From a virus (taxonomy: Duplodnaviria; Caudoviricetes), in IMG/VR virus record IMGVR_UViG_3300036846_000279, positions 1 through 56,549 of that record: a stretch of 56,549 bases of DNA; one strand, written 5' to 3'. The notes beneath the pieces are model-generated. The model had not been told where the DNA came from. It was given only the letters and a program-made list of their open reading frames with translations, and searched no databases. Of this stretch, positions 20,109 to 29,348 are shown piece by piece. Both the position numbers and the translations under genes were made by a program. Every line of letters begins with the position of its first letter. The stretch's first letter is position 1.

Positions 20109-21282
20109 AACTGAATACATCACACTCCCTGTAGACACTGACCCACAGGATATTCTGAATGATGCGTACACTTTTATTCAGACAGTTATCCCAGGCTGGA
20201 CACCTTCTGATGGACACCTAGATGTTTGGCTGTTGCAGAGTATTGCATCTGTGGCGTCTGAATCACGCGACGTAGCAAGCGCAGTCACACGCTCAATCTT
20301 TCGATGGTATGGAGCATATCTTATCGGACTGCCACCGATTGATGCAACAGCAGCTACGTCAACGACTACGTGGACAATGGTAGACAATCAGGGATATCTG
20401 ATTCCCGCTGGTACTCAGGTAGGAATTATTGATCCTGATGGTAACATCATCCCGTTTGAGACTACGGATGATGTTTCAGTCTATCCGGGTAGTACTGCTA
20501 CCGCTGTGGGGGCTGTTACAATCCAAGCCTCTGATCCTGGTGCTGATGGTAATGCTATCGGTACAGCAGGCAGTCAAATCAATCTGATTGATCCTCTGGC
20601 GTTTGTCGATACAGTTACGCTTGAAGCGGTTACATCTGGTGGACAAGATGCTGAGAGCGATGACGCTTATCTCAATCGTCTGAGTGCTCAGTTGCAATTG
20701 CTAGCTCCGCGTCCTATTGTGCCTGAGGATTTCGCTATCTTTGCTCGTAATATTCCAGGAGTGTATAGAGCTACAGCTATTGATCTTTACAATCCTGGTC
20801 CGCCAATTGTGACAAATGCTGATAGAACAGTCAGCGTCGCTATAACCGATGAGAATGGTCAGCCATGCTCAGCTTCGGTTAAAGCTGCTGTTGATGCAGA
20901 CTTGCAAGCACGTAGAGAAGTGAACTTCAACGTCTTCGTGATTGATCCGACATACACCACAATTGCGGTGACTACTACAGTTCAAGGTCTTTCGGGTTGG
21001 GATGCTCCGACTACTCAATCAGCTATTGTGACAGCTCTGCAAGCCTACTTCAATCCTGCAAACTGGGGACAATCAGATTCCGACCCACAAGCCTGGATTA
21101 ACACACCCACTGTCAGATACCTTGAAGTCTCTCAGGTAATCAACAGTGTACCAGGAGTCGATTATATCGTCAGTCTGACAATTGGCGCACCCACTATGGG
21201 TACTGCTGATCTTACTATGGCTGGCGTAGCTCCGTTGCCTGAACCTGGTACTATGACAGTGACAGTAACGCCTGGTCCATGA
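20095..21282 (+). CDS. Baseplate J-like protein
   Basis: IPAGTQV, GGQDAESDDAYLNRL and IPGVYRA motifs. Confidence 0.9.
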   Translation: MSSLETEYITLPVDTDPQDILNDAYTFIQTVIPGWTPSDGHLDVWLLQSIASVASESRDVASAVTRSIFRWYGAYLIGLPPIDATAATSTTTWTMVDNQGYLIPAGTQVGIIDPDGNIIPFETTDDVSVYPGSTATAVGAVTIQASDPGADGNAIGTAGSQINLIDPLAFVDTVTLEAVTSGGQDAESDDAYLNRLSAQLQLLAPRPIVPEDFAIFARNIPGVYRATAIDLYNPGPPIVTNADRTVSVAITDENGQPCSASVKAAVDADLQARREVNFNVFVIDPTYTTIAVTTTVQGLSGWDAPTTQSAIVTALQAYFNPANWGQSDSDPQAWINTPTVRYLEVSQVINSVPGVDYIVSLTIGAPTMGTADLTMAGVAPLPEPGTMTVTVTPGP

Positions 21283-21941
21283 GTACGCCTACGCCACCTA
21301 CACTAGAGAGCTTTGCACAGCAGCTCTATGATTCTATGGAGCCTATGCAATTCGCTGAAGCTGATTCTTCAGTAGGCTTCGCTTTGGCATACTTCTGTGG
21401 ATCAATTGGTACAATGTTCCAAATGCTAGAAGATTATGGACGTGACCAAACTCTAGCTGATGGCTCAGATGCACCAGGCTGGTCACAACTCGTAGATATC
21501 GAGAGAACGCCGGATGAGGCACTTCCGTGGTTTGGTCAGTTTACTGGAGCACGATTTCCTCCAGGGCTTACCTCAGATCAGCAGAGAGCGTATATTGTCA
21601 ATGCTCCACAGTGGCGTAGAGGTACACTCAGATCGTTCCAAGATGTAGCTAGTATCTATCTGACAGGGAATCAGACGCTAATCATCAAGGAACGCTATGA
21701 CCCTGCTAACCCAACTGTTGATAGTCCTGGGCATTTGACAATCTACACATACGCTCCCGAAACTCCAAACCCCACAGCAGTCCAGAATGCGTTGATGGCT
21801 GTTAAGCCGGCTGGTATCATCTTGCATTACCAGGACTTGACTGGTCAGTTGTATTCGACGGTTAAGGCCAACTTTGCAACGTATGCAGCAGTCAATACCA
21901 AGTATGCTACCTACGACGAAATGCGTCAGGCACCGCCGTAA
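21279..21941 (+). CDS. Baseplate/tail protein I-like
   Basis: ALPWFGQF, RRGT and VKPAG motifs; follows J. Confidence 0.75.
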   Translation: MSTPTPPTLESFAQQLYDSMEPMQFAEADSSVGFALAYFCGSIGTMFQMLEDYGRDQTLADGSDAPGWSQLVDIERTPDEALPWFGQFTGARFPPGLTSDQQRAYIVNAPQWRRGTLRSFQDVASIYLTGNQTLIIKERYDPANPTVDSPGHLTIYTYAPETPNPTAVQNALMAVKPAGIILHYQDLTGQLYSTVKANFATYAAVNTKYATYDEMRQAPP

Positions 21942-21961
21942 GATGAAAGGACGGTGATGGT

Positions 21962-23053
21962 ATGGGTTCAGTAACGACTAGACTAAAGCTACGTTATCCG
22001 CTTCTTTCTGATCCGGCAGATGTGCCTACCGATATCACGAATCTAGCGAATGACATTGATATAGCTGTAATCTACAACCAGGGTGCTCAGTCTGCTAGAC
22101 CACCATCAGCATCAGGTACGCCTGGTATTGCGGGACGTATGTTCTACAATACCGATACAGGAATCAGTACTGGTGATCTACAGTTTGATTTCGGTCAAGG
22201 CTATCGCAAGGTTACTATGTATAAGACCGATGGAAACTTGGATCTTACTGCTGCTGCTCAGCTACAATGGTCACTTGATACAATTCTGCATCGCATGGCT
22301 CCTGGTGTTCTACAGACTGATGGGCTGTTCAAAGCTCTCCAAGGTGTGTATGTCGGTGAGCTTACTACTGCTCAGCGTGATGCTCTACCTGCTGGCGCTA
22401 GACCAAGAGGCACAATCGTATTCAACACCGATAGCGTAAGACTGGAAGTAAACATCGGTTCTGATGCCGTACCTAACTGGTCTGCCATTGGTAGCGGTGG
22501 AGTAGTAGCTTCTGGAACGTTGGCAACAAGACCTGCGTTTAACGCTACAAACGCTCCAAATATGTACTACGCCACAGACCAGGACGTGACGTATCTCAAT
22601 ACTGGTGCAGCTTGGCAACGTAGCGGTGCTCAGCCTGGTGATCTGTTCTTCACCATGAACGATGTAGCTAACGTAGGTCGTGTGCTGTTGACTGGTCAGG
22701 CTTGGCCAGCTACTACAGGTCTTTATGCCGACTTGTATGCCAAATGGTCAGCTAAGTTCCCAGGTAACCTGCCCGATATGCAGGGTCGTATGCCAGTAGT
22801 CAAAGGTACACATGCAGACGTGAATGGTATTGGTAAAACCGAAGCTGGTAACTTGCCTGCCAACCAGCGTAGATTCGTTCATAAACACACTGTGGTAAGC
22901 AATGCTCAAACGCAAGTTAGTGGTAATGGTCCTCCTGGTGGTTATGGTACTCCTGTGCTAGCGAATGCAACTACCACTGTTGGGCCACAAACAGGCTTTG
23001 AACCTACTGATGGTCCGGCAGCATTCACAGTAAACGTGGAAGCCAAGCTCTAA
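21962..23053 (+). CDS. Tail fibre with collar-like domain
   Basis: PGDLFF...YADLY...NLPDMQGR collar pattern; shares the GTLATRP...YYATD module with the collagen fibre. Confidence 0.75.
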   Translation: MGSVTTRLKLRYPLLSDPADVPTDITNLANDIDIAVIYNQGAQSARPPSASGTPGIAGRMFYNTDTGISTGDLQFDFGQGYRKVTMYKTDGNLDLTAAAQLQWSLDTILHRMAPGVLQTDGLFKALQGVYVGELTTAQRDALPAGARPRGTIVFNTDSVRLEVNIGSDAVPNWSAIGSGGVVASGTLATRPAFNATNAPNMYYATDQDVTYLNTGAAWQRSGAQPGDLFFTMNDVANVGRVLLTGQAWPATTGLYADLYAKWSAKFPGNLPDMQGRMPVVKGTHADVNGIGKTEAGNLPANQRRFVHKHTVVSNAQTQVSGNGPPGGYGTPVLANATTTVGPQTGFEPTDGPAAFTVNVEAKL

Positions 23054-23073
23054 CCTGTGGGGGTGTTTGAATA

Positions 23074-23286
23074 GTGGCCCGCGCTAGAAAAGCTCGCGCG
23101 CCTATTAAGATCAAGAAATCAAATCAAGGTAAGCTGCGCCGCAGTACGCGCACGAAGAAAGGTCAGAAGATTCCAGTGAGTACGCTTCAACGGTTGAAAA
23201 ACTCCAAGAATCCAAAGACACGTAAACGCGCTACATTCGCTCTGAATGCTAGAAAGTGGAAGCATACAGGCAGGAAGAAAAGCTAA
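23074..23286 (+). CDS. Highly basic 70-aa protein, possibly DNA-binding or condensing
   Basis: Very Lys/Arg-rich with no acidic residues; KRATFALNARKW motif. Confidence 0.7.
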   Translation: MARARKARAPIKIKKSNQGKLRRSTRTKKGQKIPVSTLQRLKNSKNPKTRKRATFALNARKWKHTGRKKS

Positions 23287-24158
23287 TGACTGAATGGTGG
23301 GAGAAAGCTTATCCAGGCGGTAAAATGGTAGCGGTCAAGGGATTTCCTAGACCACTATATCCGCCTGATGCAGCACCAAACTACAAGCCATCAACCGATG
23401 GTAGCGATGTAGAAGCATATAAGCGCACAGTTAGTCGAGCGGGTCGTTGGGTTTGGCAGAAATTCGATCAAGCCTACTCCAACAACTTTGCTCATGGAAA
23501 GCCGGGTGGAAATGTACCCGAGACAGGTATCGCAGGGGTACAACGTCAGAATGGCCTTCAAGACACTGGCTATGTAGGAGAGAAAACTTTCAATCTACTG
23601 CGTTCTATCATTATTCCTAAGCCTCTACCGCACGCAGGAGAGTATGCAATGGATGCAACTGCGGTAGAACTGATTAACGCAGCATGGGAGAGATTCAAGG
23701 GTAAGGAAGATCAAACCCCCACAGGCAAGATTAGTCTCGGCTCAGTGGGTGAAGGTCCAAGTGTGCGTGAATATGATCTAACTCACGCTACTTCAGGTAT
23801 TCCACTTTATCCAGCATTTGATGCAGTTTGGTATACCGGCAAAAATGTGCTCGCGCCTGAGGGCATGAAAGTAACACGAGTTGGCACCGCGTCACATGGT
23901 ATTGCGTTTTATGCTGATGGTGATTCGGGATTACGTTGGTGGTTCGGACACTTAGATTACCAACCCACCGTAGGACGTTATTTTGCTCGCGGTGATATTG
24001 TCGGGCATGTAGCATATCACTCCGACTCGCCGCACGTCCACGTAGGTGTAAACGTTGAACGTCTGTGGGGCGCAGGAAAACAAATGAGCCATCATACTAA
24101 CTATACGCATGGTGGGCCATTGATAGGCGCTCAACTCGATGCAGGTCACGCCCTTTAA
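23286..24158 (+). CDS. Endolysin: N-terminal peptidoglycan-binding-like region plus C-terminal M23 peptidase
   Basis: VQRQNGL..TGYVG..TF (PG-binding); AFD, FGHL, GDIVG and PHVHVG (M23). Confidence 0.8.
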   Translation: MTEWWEKAYPGGKMVAVKGFPRPLYPPDAAPNYKPSTDGSDVEAYKRTVSRAGRWVWQKFDQAYSNNFAHGKPGGNVPETGIAGVQRQNGLQDTGYVGEKTFNLLRSIIIPKPLPHAGEYAMDATAVELINAAWERFKGKEDQTPTGKISLGSVGEGPSVREYDLTHATSGIPLYPAFDAVWYTGKNVLAPEGMKVTRVGTASHGIAFYADGDSGLRWWFGHLDYQPTVGRYFARGDIVGHVAYHSDSPHVHVGVNVERLWGAGKQMSHHTNYTHGGPLIGAQLDAGHAL

Positions 24159-24176
24159 AGGATCAGATAGCCCTAA

Positions 24177-24353
24177 ATGAAGCGAGCCAGAAAGCAGGCG
24201 TATCTAATTATTCTGGCGGTGATTGCGTTGGTCCTTGCAATCATTGTGATTTTCACCGCTCACAATTTAGATATCAAGGCGCTCGGCGTGGTTGCGATAG
24301 TTGGAGGGATAGCAATGGTGATTGTATCGTTACCAGATAACGGAGACAAATAA
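24177..24353 (+). CDS. Candidate holin (58 aa, two TM helices)
   Basis: MKRARKQAYLIILAVIALVLAIIVIF...LGVVAIVGGIAMVIVSL directly after the endolysin; not in the ORF track. Confidence 0.65.
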   Translation: MKRARKQAYLIILAVIALVLAIIVIFTAHNLDIKALGVVAIVGGIAMVIVSLPDNGDK

Positions 24354-24364
24354 GTCTAGACAAA

Positions 24365-24421
24365 GTTAGAGGGCGCGCCCAACGATCTCTCTCCCGTATG
24401 GTGCGGCGCCCTCTAACCCTT

Positions 24422-24423
<2 letters not shown>
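24365..24423. terminator. Stem-loop between the convergent genome arms, probable terminator
   Basis: gttagagggcgc...gcgccctctaac, flanked by short T runs on both strands. Confidence 0.65.
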
Positions 24424-24955
<532 letters not shown>

Positions 24956-25143
24956 TTACTAGACATGTGGGGATGACTACTTGCGCTCCCACTGAGTTGC
25001 ACAGTGACCCACATGGAGCTAGTTATCTATCGCTGATTGCACCTTCCTTTCCTGTTTGCTTTTGTTGTAGGCGGGGGGCAAGAAATCGCTATCCGGGGAG
25101 GTGGCTAGCGACTTATGCCCCCCACGGTGCTAAACTAACTAGC

Positions 25144-25332
25144 TTATTCGTCGGCTTCTGTATCTTCAACGTCGATGCAAAGAACACCGTCGTCGATATA
25201 GACAGATGAAACCATCATCTTGGTAGCGTCGGGCTGACGAAAAACCGCCACAGGAATGGCAGGCTGTTCTTTGTCACCTGAGAACTCTTCAACTGCAACA
25301 AAACCAAGATTGGCTTCTCCAGCCTTAGTCAT
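25144..25332 (-). CDS. Small hypothetical protein (likely start MTKAGEAN)
   Basis: ORF track; GGAGG upstream of the internal ATG. Confidence 0.55.
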   Translation of the reverse strand: MTKAGEANLGFVAVEEFSGDKEQPAIPVAVFRQPDATKMMVSSVYIDDGVLCIDVEDTEADE

Positions 25333-25333
25333 T

Positions 25334-25807
25334 CTAATCCTCCCACTTGTCGAGACGGATAGCAAAGAGCTTCTGTCCGCCATTATATTGAAAGCCGCTT
25401 CCAAAGGTGAACCACTGTAGAAGGTGTCGTGTAGCATCCATCGCATGTGGTTTACCCCTGACGTATAGGTCTTTGTTTTTCAGCACTATATCAGTATAGT
25501 AGCTCTTACCTTGTGCTGCTTTCTGTATATGGATCGCTACCTGACCCTGGGTCAATCCGTAGAGTCTAGCTACTCCGATAGCTTGTACCGGAAAGAGATT
25601 GAGTCCCGTCTTACGTTGTGCTACGCCTCCCCGAAACTCAAAATCTTCGATTATCAGATGACGAGGTTTGAATCCGTCTAGGCGCCTCCATAGGTCGTCT
25701 ACATCATCAACCGCCTGAAATGGGTAGTACATAAGTCTACCGTCAGGCGAAATCTTAGCATAGCAATATCCAGACTGTATGCCTGGATCAATGGCAATGA
25801 TGTTCAC
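25334..25807 (-). CDS. RuvC-like Holliday junction resolvase
   Basis: IIAIDPG..SG, IIEDF and HAMDA motifs. Confidence 0.8.
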   Translation of the reverse strand: MNIIAIDPGIQSGYCYAKISPDGRLMYYPFQAVDDVDDLWRRLDGFKPRHLIIEDFEFRGGVAQRKTGLNLFPVQAIGVARLYGLTQGQVAIHIQKAAQGKSYYTDIVLKNKDLYVRGKPHAMDATRHLLQWFTFGSGFQYNGGQKLFAIRLDKWED

Positions 25808-26343
25808 TAATAGCCCGCCAGTCTTTCCAATTCTTCCTCCCGTTTTCTCTGATCTTCTCTGAAGTTACGCCTATAGTCAGTGTCACTATCGCCATGCCGC
25901 TTGTAATAATCTTTCTCTGTCTGTGGGGTTTTTGGTTCCACACCCCGCGCGACTGCACCATATTTAATTGAGTCACGACTGTGAACTACACCATCGTCTC
26001 TCAATTGTCGCAAAAGAGCCATAGCCTTTCCAACCGTGGATTTTCTAACGTATGGCTTCTGACCATTGAGTAGCCTACGGAGGCTTGAACGATTATAAGG
26101 AATCTGCCTAGACGCCTCTTGGAAACCAATTCTTCTAACAATTTCCTCGAAGATGAAGAGTACGCGATCTCTGGGTATCCACGAACCAGGCTTATCAAGA
26201 TGACTCTTGATATTCTTAGTCGGCTTACGACGACCACAACACGGACAGTATTCGCCATCTAGGATCGTAACACTTTCTATGATGTGTTGGATCTCTTCTG
26301 GCAACTCATCAAAAAACTTCCTGCTCCCGTTTACTCTGGACAT
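25807..26343 (-). CDS. Putative HTH DNA-binding protein with a Cys cluster
   Basis: CPCCG; FQEASRQIPYNRSSLRRLLNG is HTH-like. Confidence 0.55.
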   Translation of the reverse strand: MSRVNGSRKFFDELPEEIQHIIESVTILDGEYCPCCGRRKPTKNIKSHLDKPGSWIPRDRVLFIFEEIVRRIGFQEASRQIPYNRSSLRRLLNGQKPYVRKSTVGKAMALLRQLRDDGVVHSRDSIKYGAVARGVEPKTPQTEKDYYKRHGDSDTDYRRNFREDQRKREEELERLAGY

Positions 26344-26344
26344 T

Positions 26345-28795
26345 TTAAGCTGCGATCTGTTCGTAATCGTTCAAGGTTCCCCAATCGTAACCAACTGACA
26401 GATCAGCTACATATGGAAAATCCCATTCTATAGCTTCTAGCGGTGTGTTTTCCATCTCAGACTTGATGAGATGCGCTACCTCGTCTACATGGCTTTCGCG
26501 ACAGTTCACTACGATGTTGTCGTGAACCGTGATACGTGGCTGAGCAATACGCCAGTCGAGCTTTTCTGCAATGTTGCATAGCGCCCAAAGAGTAATATTT
26601 GCCGCAATGTTTTGCGGCAAAAAGTTGATACCCTGCTTGACAACATGCAGTCTACCTCCTTCATCGGCGGGGATAACATAGAACCTACGCTTATGACCGA
26701 ACGGAGATTGTATCTCACCTTCAGTCATCACACGTTGTTCCATTTCCTTAGTCCACTCGTAAACCTTTGGGAATCGTGACCACCAAAAGTCAATGTATTC
26801 CTGCGCTTCACTCTGCGGCATGTAATACATTTGAGCAAACGAGAATGCTGACTGCCAATACGCTACACCGAAGTTGATGTTCTTAGCACGAACATACTGT
26901 TCATAGGTGTAGTTCTCACCATAGAATTGAGACGCTACCTCTCTATGTAGGGATCGTCCTGTGTCGGTGTATATTGCCTTAAGCTCGTCATCACCTGAGA
27001 GAACGGCGATGGTACGAAGCTCGGCTTGAGACAAGTCAGCAGAAAGAAAAACGCATCCTGAATCTGGAACAAAGGTACGCCGAATGTTTGGGAGTCCTTC
27101 TTTTGTTCTGGTGATGTTCTGGAGATTAGGTCTGCTTGAACTGAGACGACCTGACTCTGTGCCATGTATCTTAAAGTCAGTATAAATTCGTCCGTCTTTT
27201 CCACGACGAAGCACCATACCTTCCAGATATGTCCCCCGCTGTTTGTCAAGTTCTTTGAACTTGTCGAGCAGACTAATAAACTGGCCGATGGCTTCTCTGT
27301 CTACATTTCTAGTTGATCTGTAGTCATCACGAAGGATCTTCTCACGAACAGATTTATCAGTGGAACGCTTACCTTGATTCTCAATCCTCGGTCGCTTCAG
27401 GTTGTGAGTAATACCCCACGACTCATAGAGCAACAGTTCTAGTTGCTTAGGCGAATTGGGGTTGAGTTTTGGGTCCCCCGAGATTTCTTGCATACTGTGG
27501 CGCCACTCTTTGAGAGTAGGCCAAACTTCGCCTTCAAGGATATCGCAAGCTTGTTCGGCATCGTAAATGATTCCCTGAGCTTCAACCCTTGACAGGGCTT
27601 CGCTGAGTCGAATGAGTAGAGATTTATAGGGTCTATCCCAAACGCTGTCATTGATAGCCCTTTCTTTTAGAACGGGGAATAGTGCTCTAGTACCAGCACA
27701 GTCTTTCCCGTTGTATTCGTACAAATCAATACGACTGCGTAGATCGGGTAACTCACCAGTACGTTTGTAATGCCTCACTGACGCGGGTTCATACTTAGGC
27801 CAACCTAGCTCATCTTTCAGTAGCCATTCAAGTGAATGACCACCAGCGCCAGATTCAGGATCACCAGGACGTTCATCAAGACACCAGCTCAATAGCATAG
27901 AATCCTCATCTACGCGAGCTGCAATGTCAAAGTGCCTGAGAACCTTTACGTCATACTTCCCGTTATGCCATAGATATCTCAGACCTTCAATTGTAAGCAA
28001 CGGTTCTAGAAACTCTTGCCTGAAATCTTCATCTTGAACTACTGGTACACCAAAGACAACCGCGCGCTCGGGTCTAGTCGAAAACCCCACAGCAGTCATC
28101 CCTGTATAGAAACCCTCGATATCGCAAGAAACCAATCTTTCATCATCAGAGTAGAATGAACCGGCTTTAACAGAGAGTTGATCGTATATCTGCCTAGCCC
28201 AATCTCTAGCCTCGTCTAGCTTTTCTGTCCATCTAACCATAGGCATCTCAGGCTGCGGAAGAGGATTAATAGCCAGTCTGAAGTCACGTACTAACTCAGG
28301 GAAGTTACCATCATCACGCAACACAACGGCAGGGTTATTTGTAACGATGACTCGTTGAGTCTTGTCACTCATTGGACTGTCACGATAATGCACGTAACCG
28401 CGATTCCTGGCAACGTTGGGATCGCCTGTAACGGCCTTAGCCGCCTCACGACCAGCAGCTATAACAGTGGTAACCTCGGCAATCTCAGCCTCTAAGCGTG
28501 GCTCACAGCAAGCCTGAGCGAACGCAAAGCCTGACTCAGTACCGTCAGACTGACAGAGTACCACATTTGTAGCTATTACTTCATCTCGTGAAGTACCATG
28601 CAATTGCAGCAAATGGTCTAGTACCTTACCACTAGGACCACTAAACGACTTACCTGCCATAGACTCGTAATGCCCAGGACTACGAGACACCACAGCGATA
28701 GTAGCATCTTCAGGGCCAGTAGTTAGAGCTACTGGCTTATGTTTGAATGGGCATTGTTCGCATAGTGCGAACGGAGCCTTAGGCAGCTTTGACAA
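26345..28795 (-). CDS. Family A DNA polymerase with N-terminal UDG family-4-like domain and 3'-5' exonuclease
   Basis: Motif A ADLSQAELR, motif B RAKNINFG, motif C VHD; exo DIE/HNGKYD/YNGKD; N-terminal CxxC...PG..E...FSGPSG; TTG start after GGAG. Confidence 0.93.
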   Translation of the reverse strand: MSKLPKAPFALCEQCPFKHKPVALTTGPEDATIAVVSRSPGHYESMAGKSFSGPSGKVLDHLLQLHGTSRDEVIATNVVLCQSDGTESGFAFAQACCEPRLEAEIAEVTTVIAAGREAAKAVTGDPNVARNRGYVHYRDSPMSDKTQRVIVTNNPAVVLRDDGNFPELVRDFRLAINPLPQPEMPMVRWTEKLDEARDWARQIYDQLSVKAGSFYSDDERLVSCDIEGFYTGMTAVGFSTRPERAVVFGVPVVQDEDFRQEFLEPLLTIEGLRYLWHNGKYDVKVLRHFDIAARVDEDSMLLSWCLDERPGDPESGAGGHSLEWLLKDELGWPKYEPASVRHYKRTGELPDLRSRIDLYEYNGKDCAGTRALFPVLKERAINDSVWDRPYKSLLIRLSEALSRVEAQGIIYDAEQACDILEGEVWPTLKEWRHSMQEISGDPKLNPNSPKQLELLLYESWGITHNLKRPRIENQGKRSTDKSVREKILRDDYRSTRNVDREAIGQFISLLDKFKELDKQRGTYLEGMVLRRGKDGRIYTDFKIHGTESGRLSSSRPNLQNITRTKEGLPNIRRTFVPDSGCVFLSADLSQAELRTIAVLSGDDELKAIYTDTGRSLHREVASQFYGENYTYEQYVRAKNINFGVAYWQSAFSFAQMYYMPQSEAQEYIDFWWSRFPKVYEWTKEMEQRVMTEGEIQSPFGHKRRFYVIPADEGGRLHVVKQGINFLPQNIAANITLWALCNIAEKLDWRIAQPRITVHDNIVVNCRESHVDEVAHLIKSEMENTPLEAIEWDFPYVADLSVGYDWGTLNDYEQIAA

Positions 28796-29348
28796 GTACG
28801 TTCTCCAGTTTCTCGTACAGTTCCTCAACCGTACCATTGTTGTCTATATGATAGTCGAAGTCTGTCATTATCGTCTCAGACCTGTGGGGGTCTTGTTCAA
28901 CGAGCTGCCTCGGGCGACTAACCTTAATGATTGTGCCTCCGAGATAGTGAATACGCGCAGCCTCATTGGTGAACCTAACATCAGTGACTATGATGTTCCG
29001 TCCATCGTAGAAGCCATCAGCGGGCATAACTAGATCTACCCAAAAGTCATCACCAATCTCGGGAATATCTCTATGTGCCTCAGTACCGTAGTACTGGTGA
29101 AATTGACGAAATGTCATTTCCCTAATTGGTTCCCATTCTCCCGGCGCATGACGAATACCAAGCACCACAGTCACACGATGATCGTCTTTGTATCTCTCCA
29201 CAACCGAGTAAGGGATATCGAACAGACTAGCTATAGACTTCTTCATGGGGTGCGCGAATGCCACGCGCTCAAACCCATGTTCCTTGACAAAGTACGCACC
29301 CGCTGTATCTTTGCCTGAGTGTTTGTTTCCTGCAATACCTATAATCAT
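28779..29348 (-). CDS. Deoxynucleoside monophosphate kinase
   Basis: IIGIAGNKHSGKDT P-loop; GTE..R, DVRFTNE and HRSE motifs. Confidence 0.9.
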   Translation of the reverse strand: MIIGIAGNKHSGKDTAGAYFVKEHGFERVAFAHPMKKSIASLFDIPYSVVERYKDDHRVTVVLGIRHAPGEWEPIREMTFRQFHQYYGTEAHRDIPEIGDDFWVDLVMPADGFYDGRNIIVTDVRFTNEAARIHYLGGTIIKVSRPRQLVEQDPHRSETIMTDFDYHIDNNGTVEELYEKLENVLVKAA

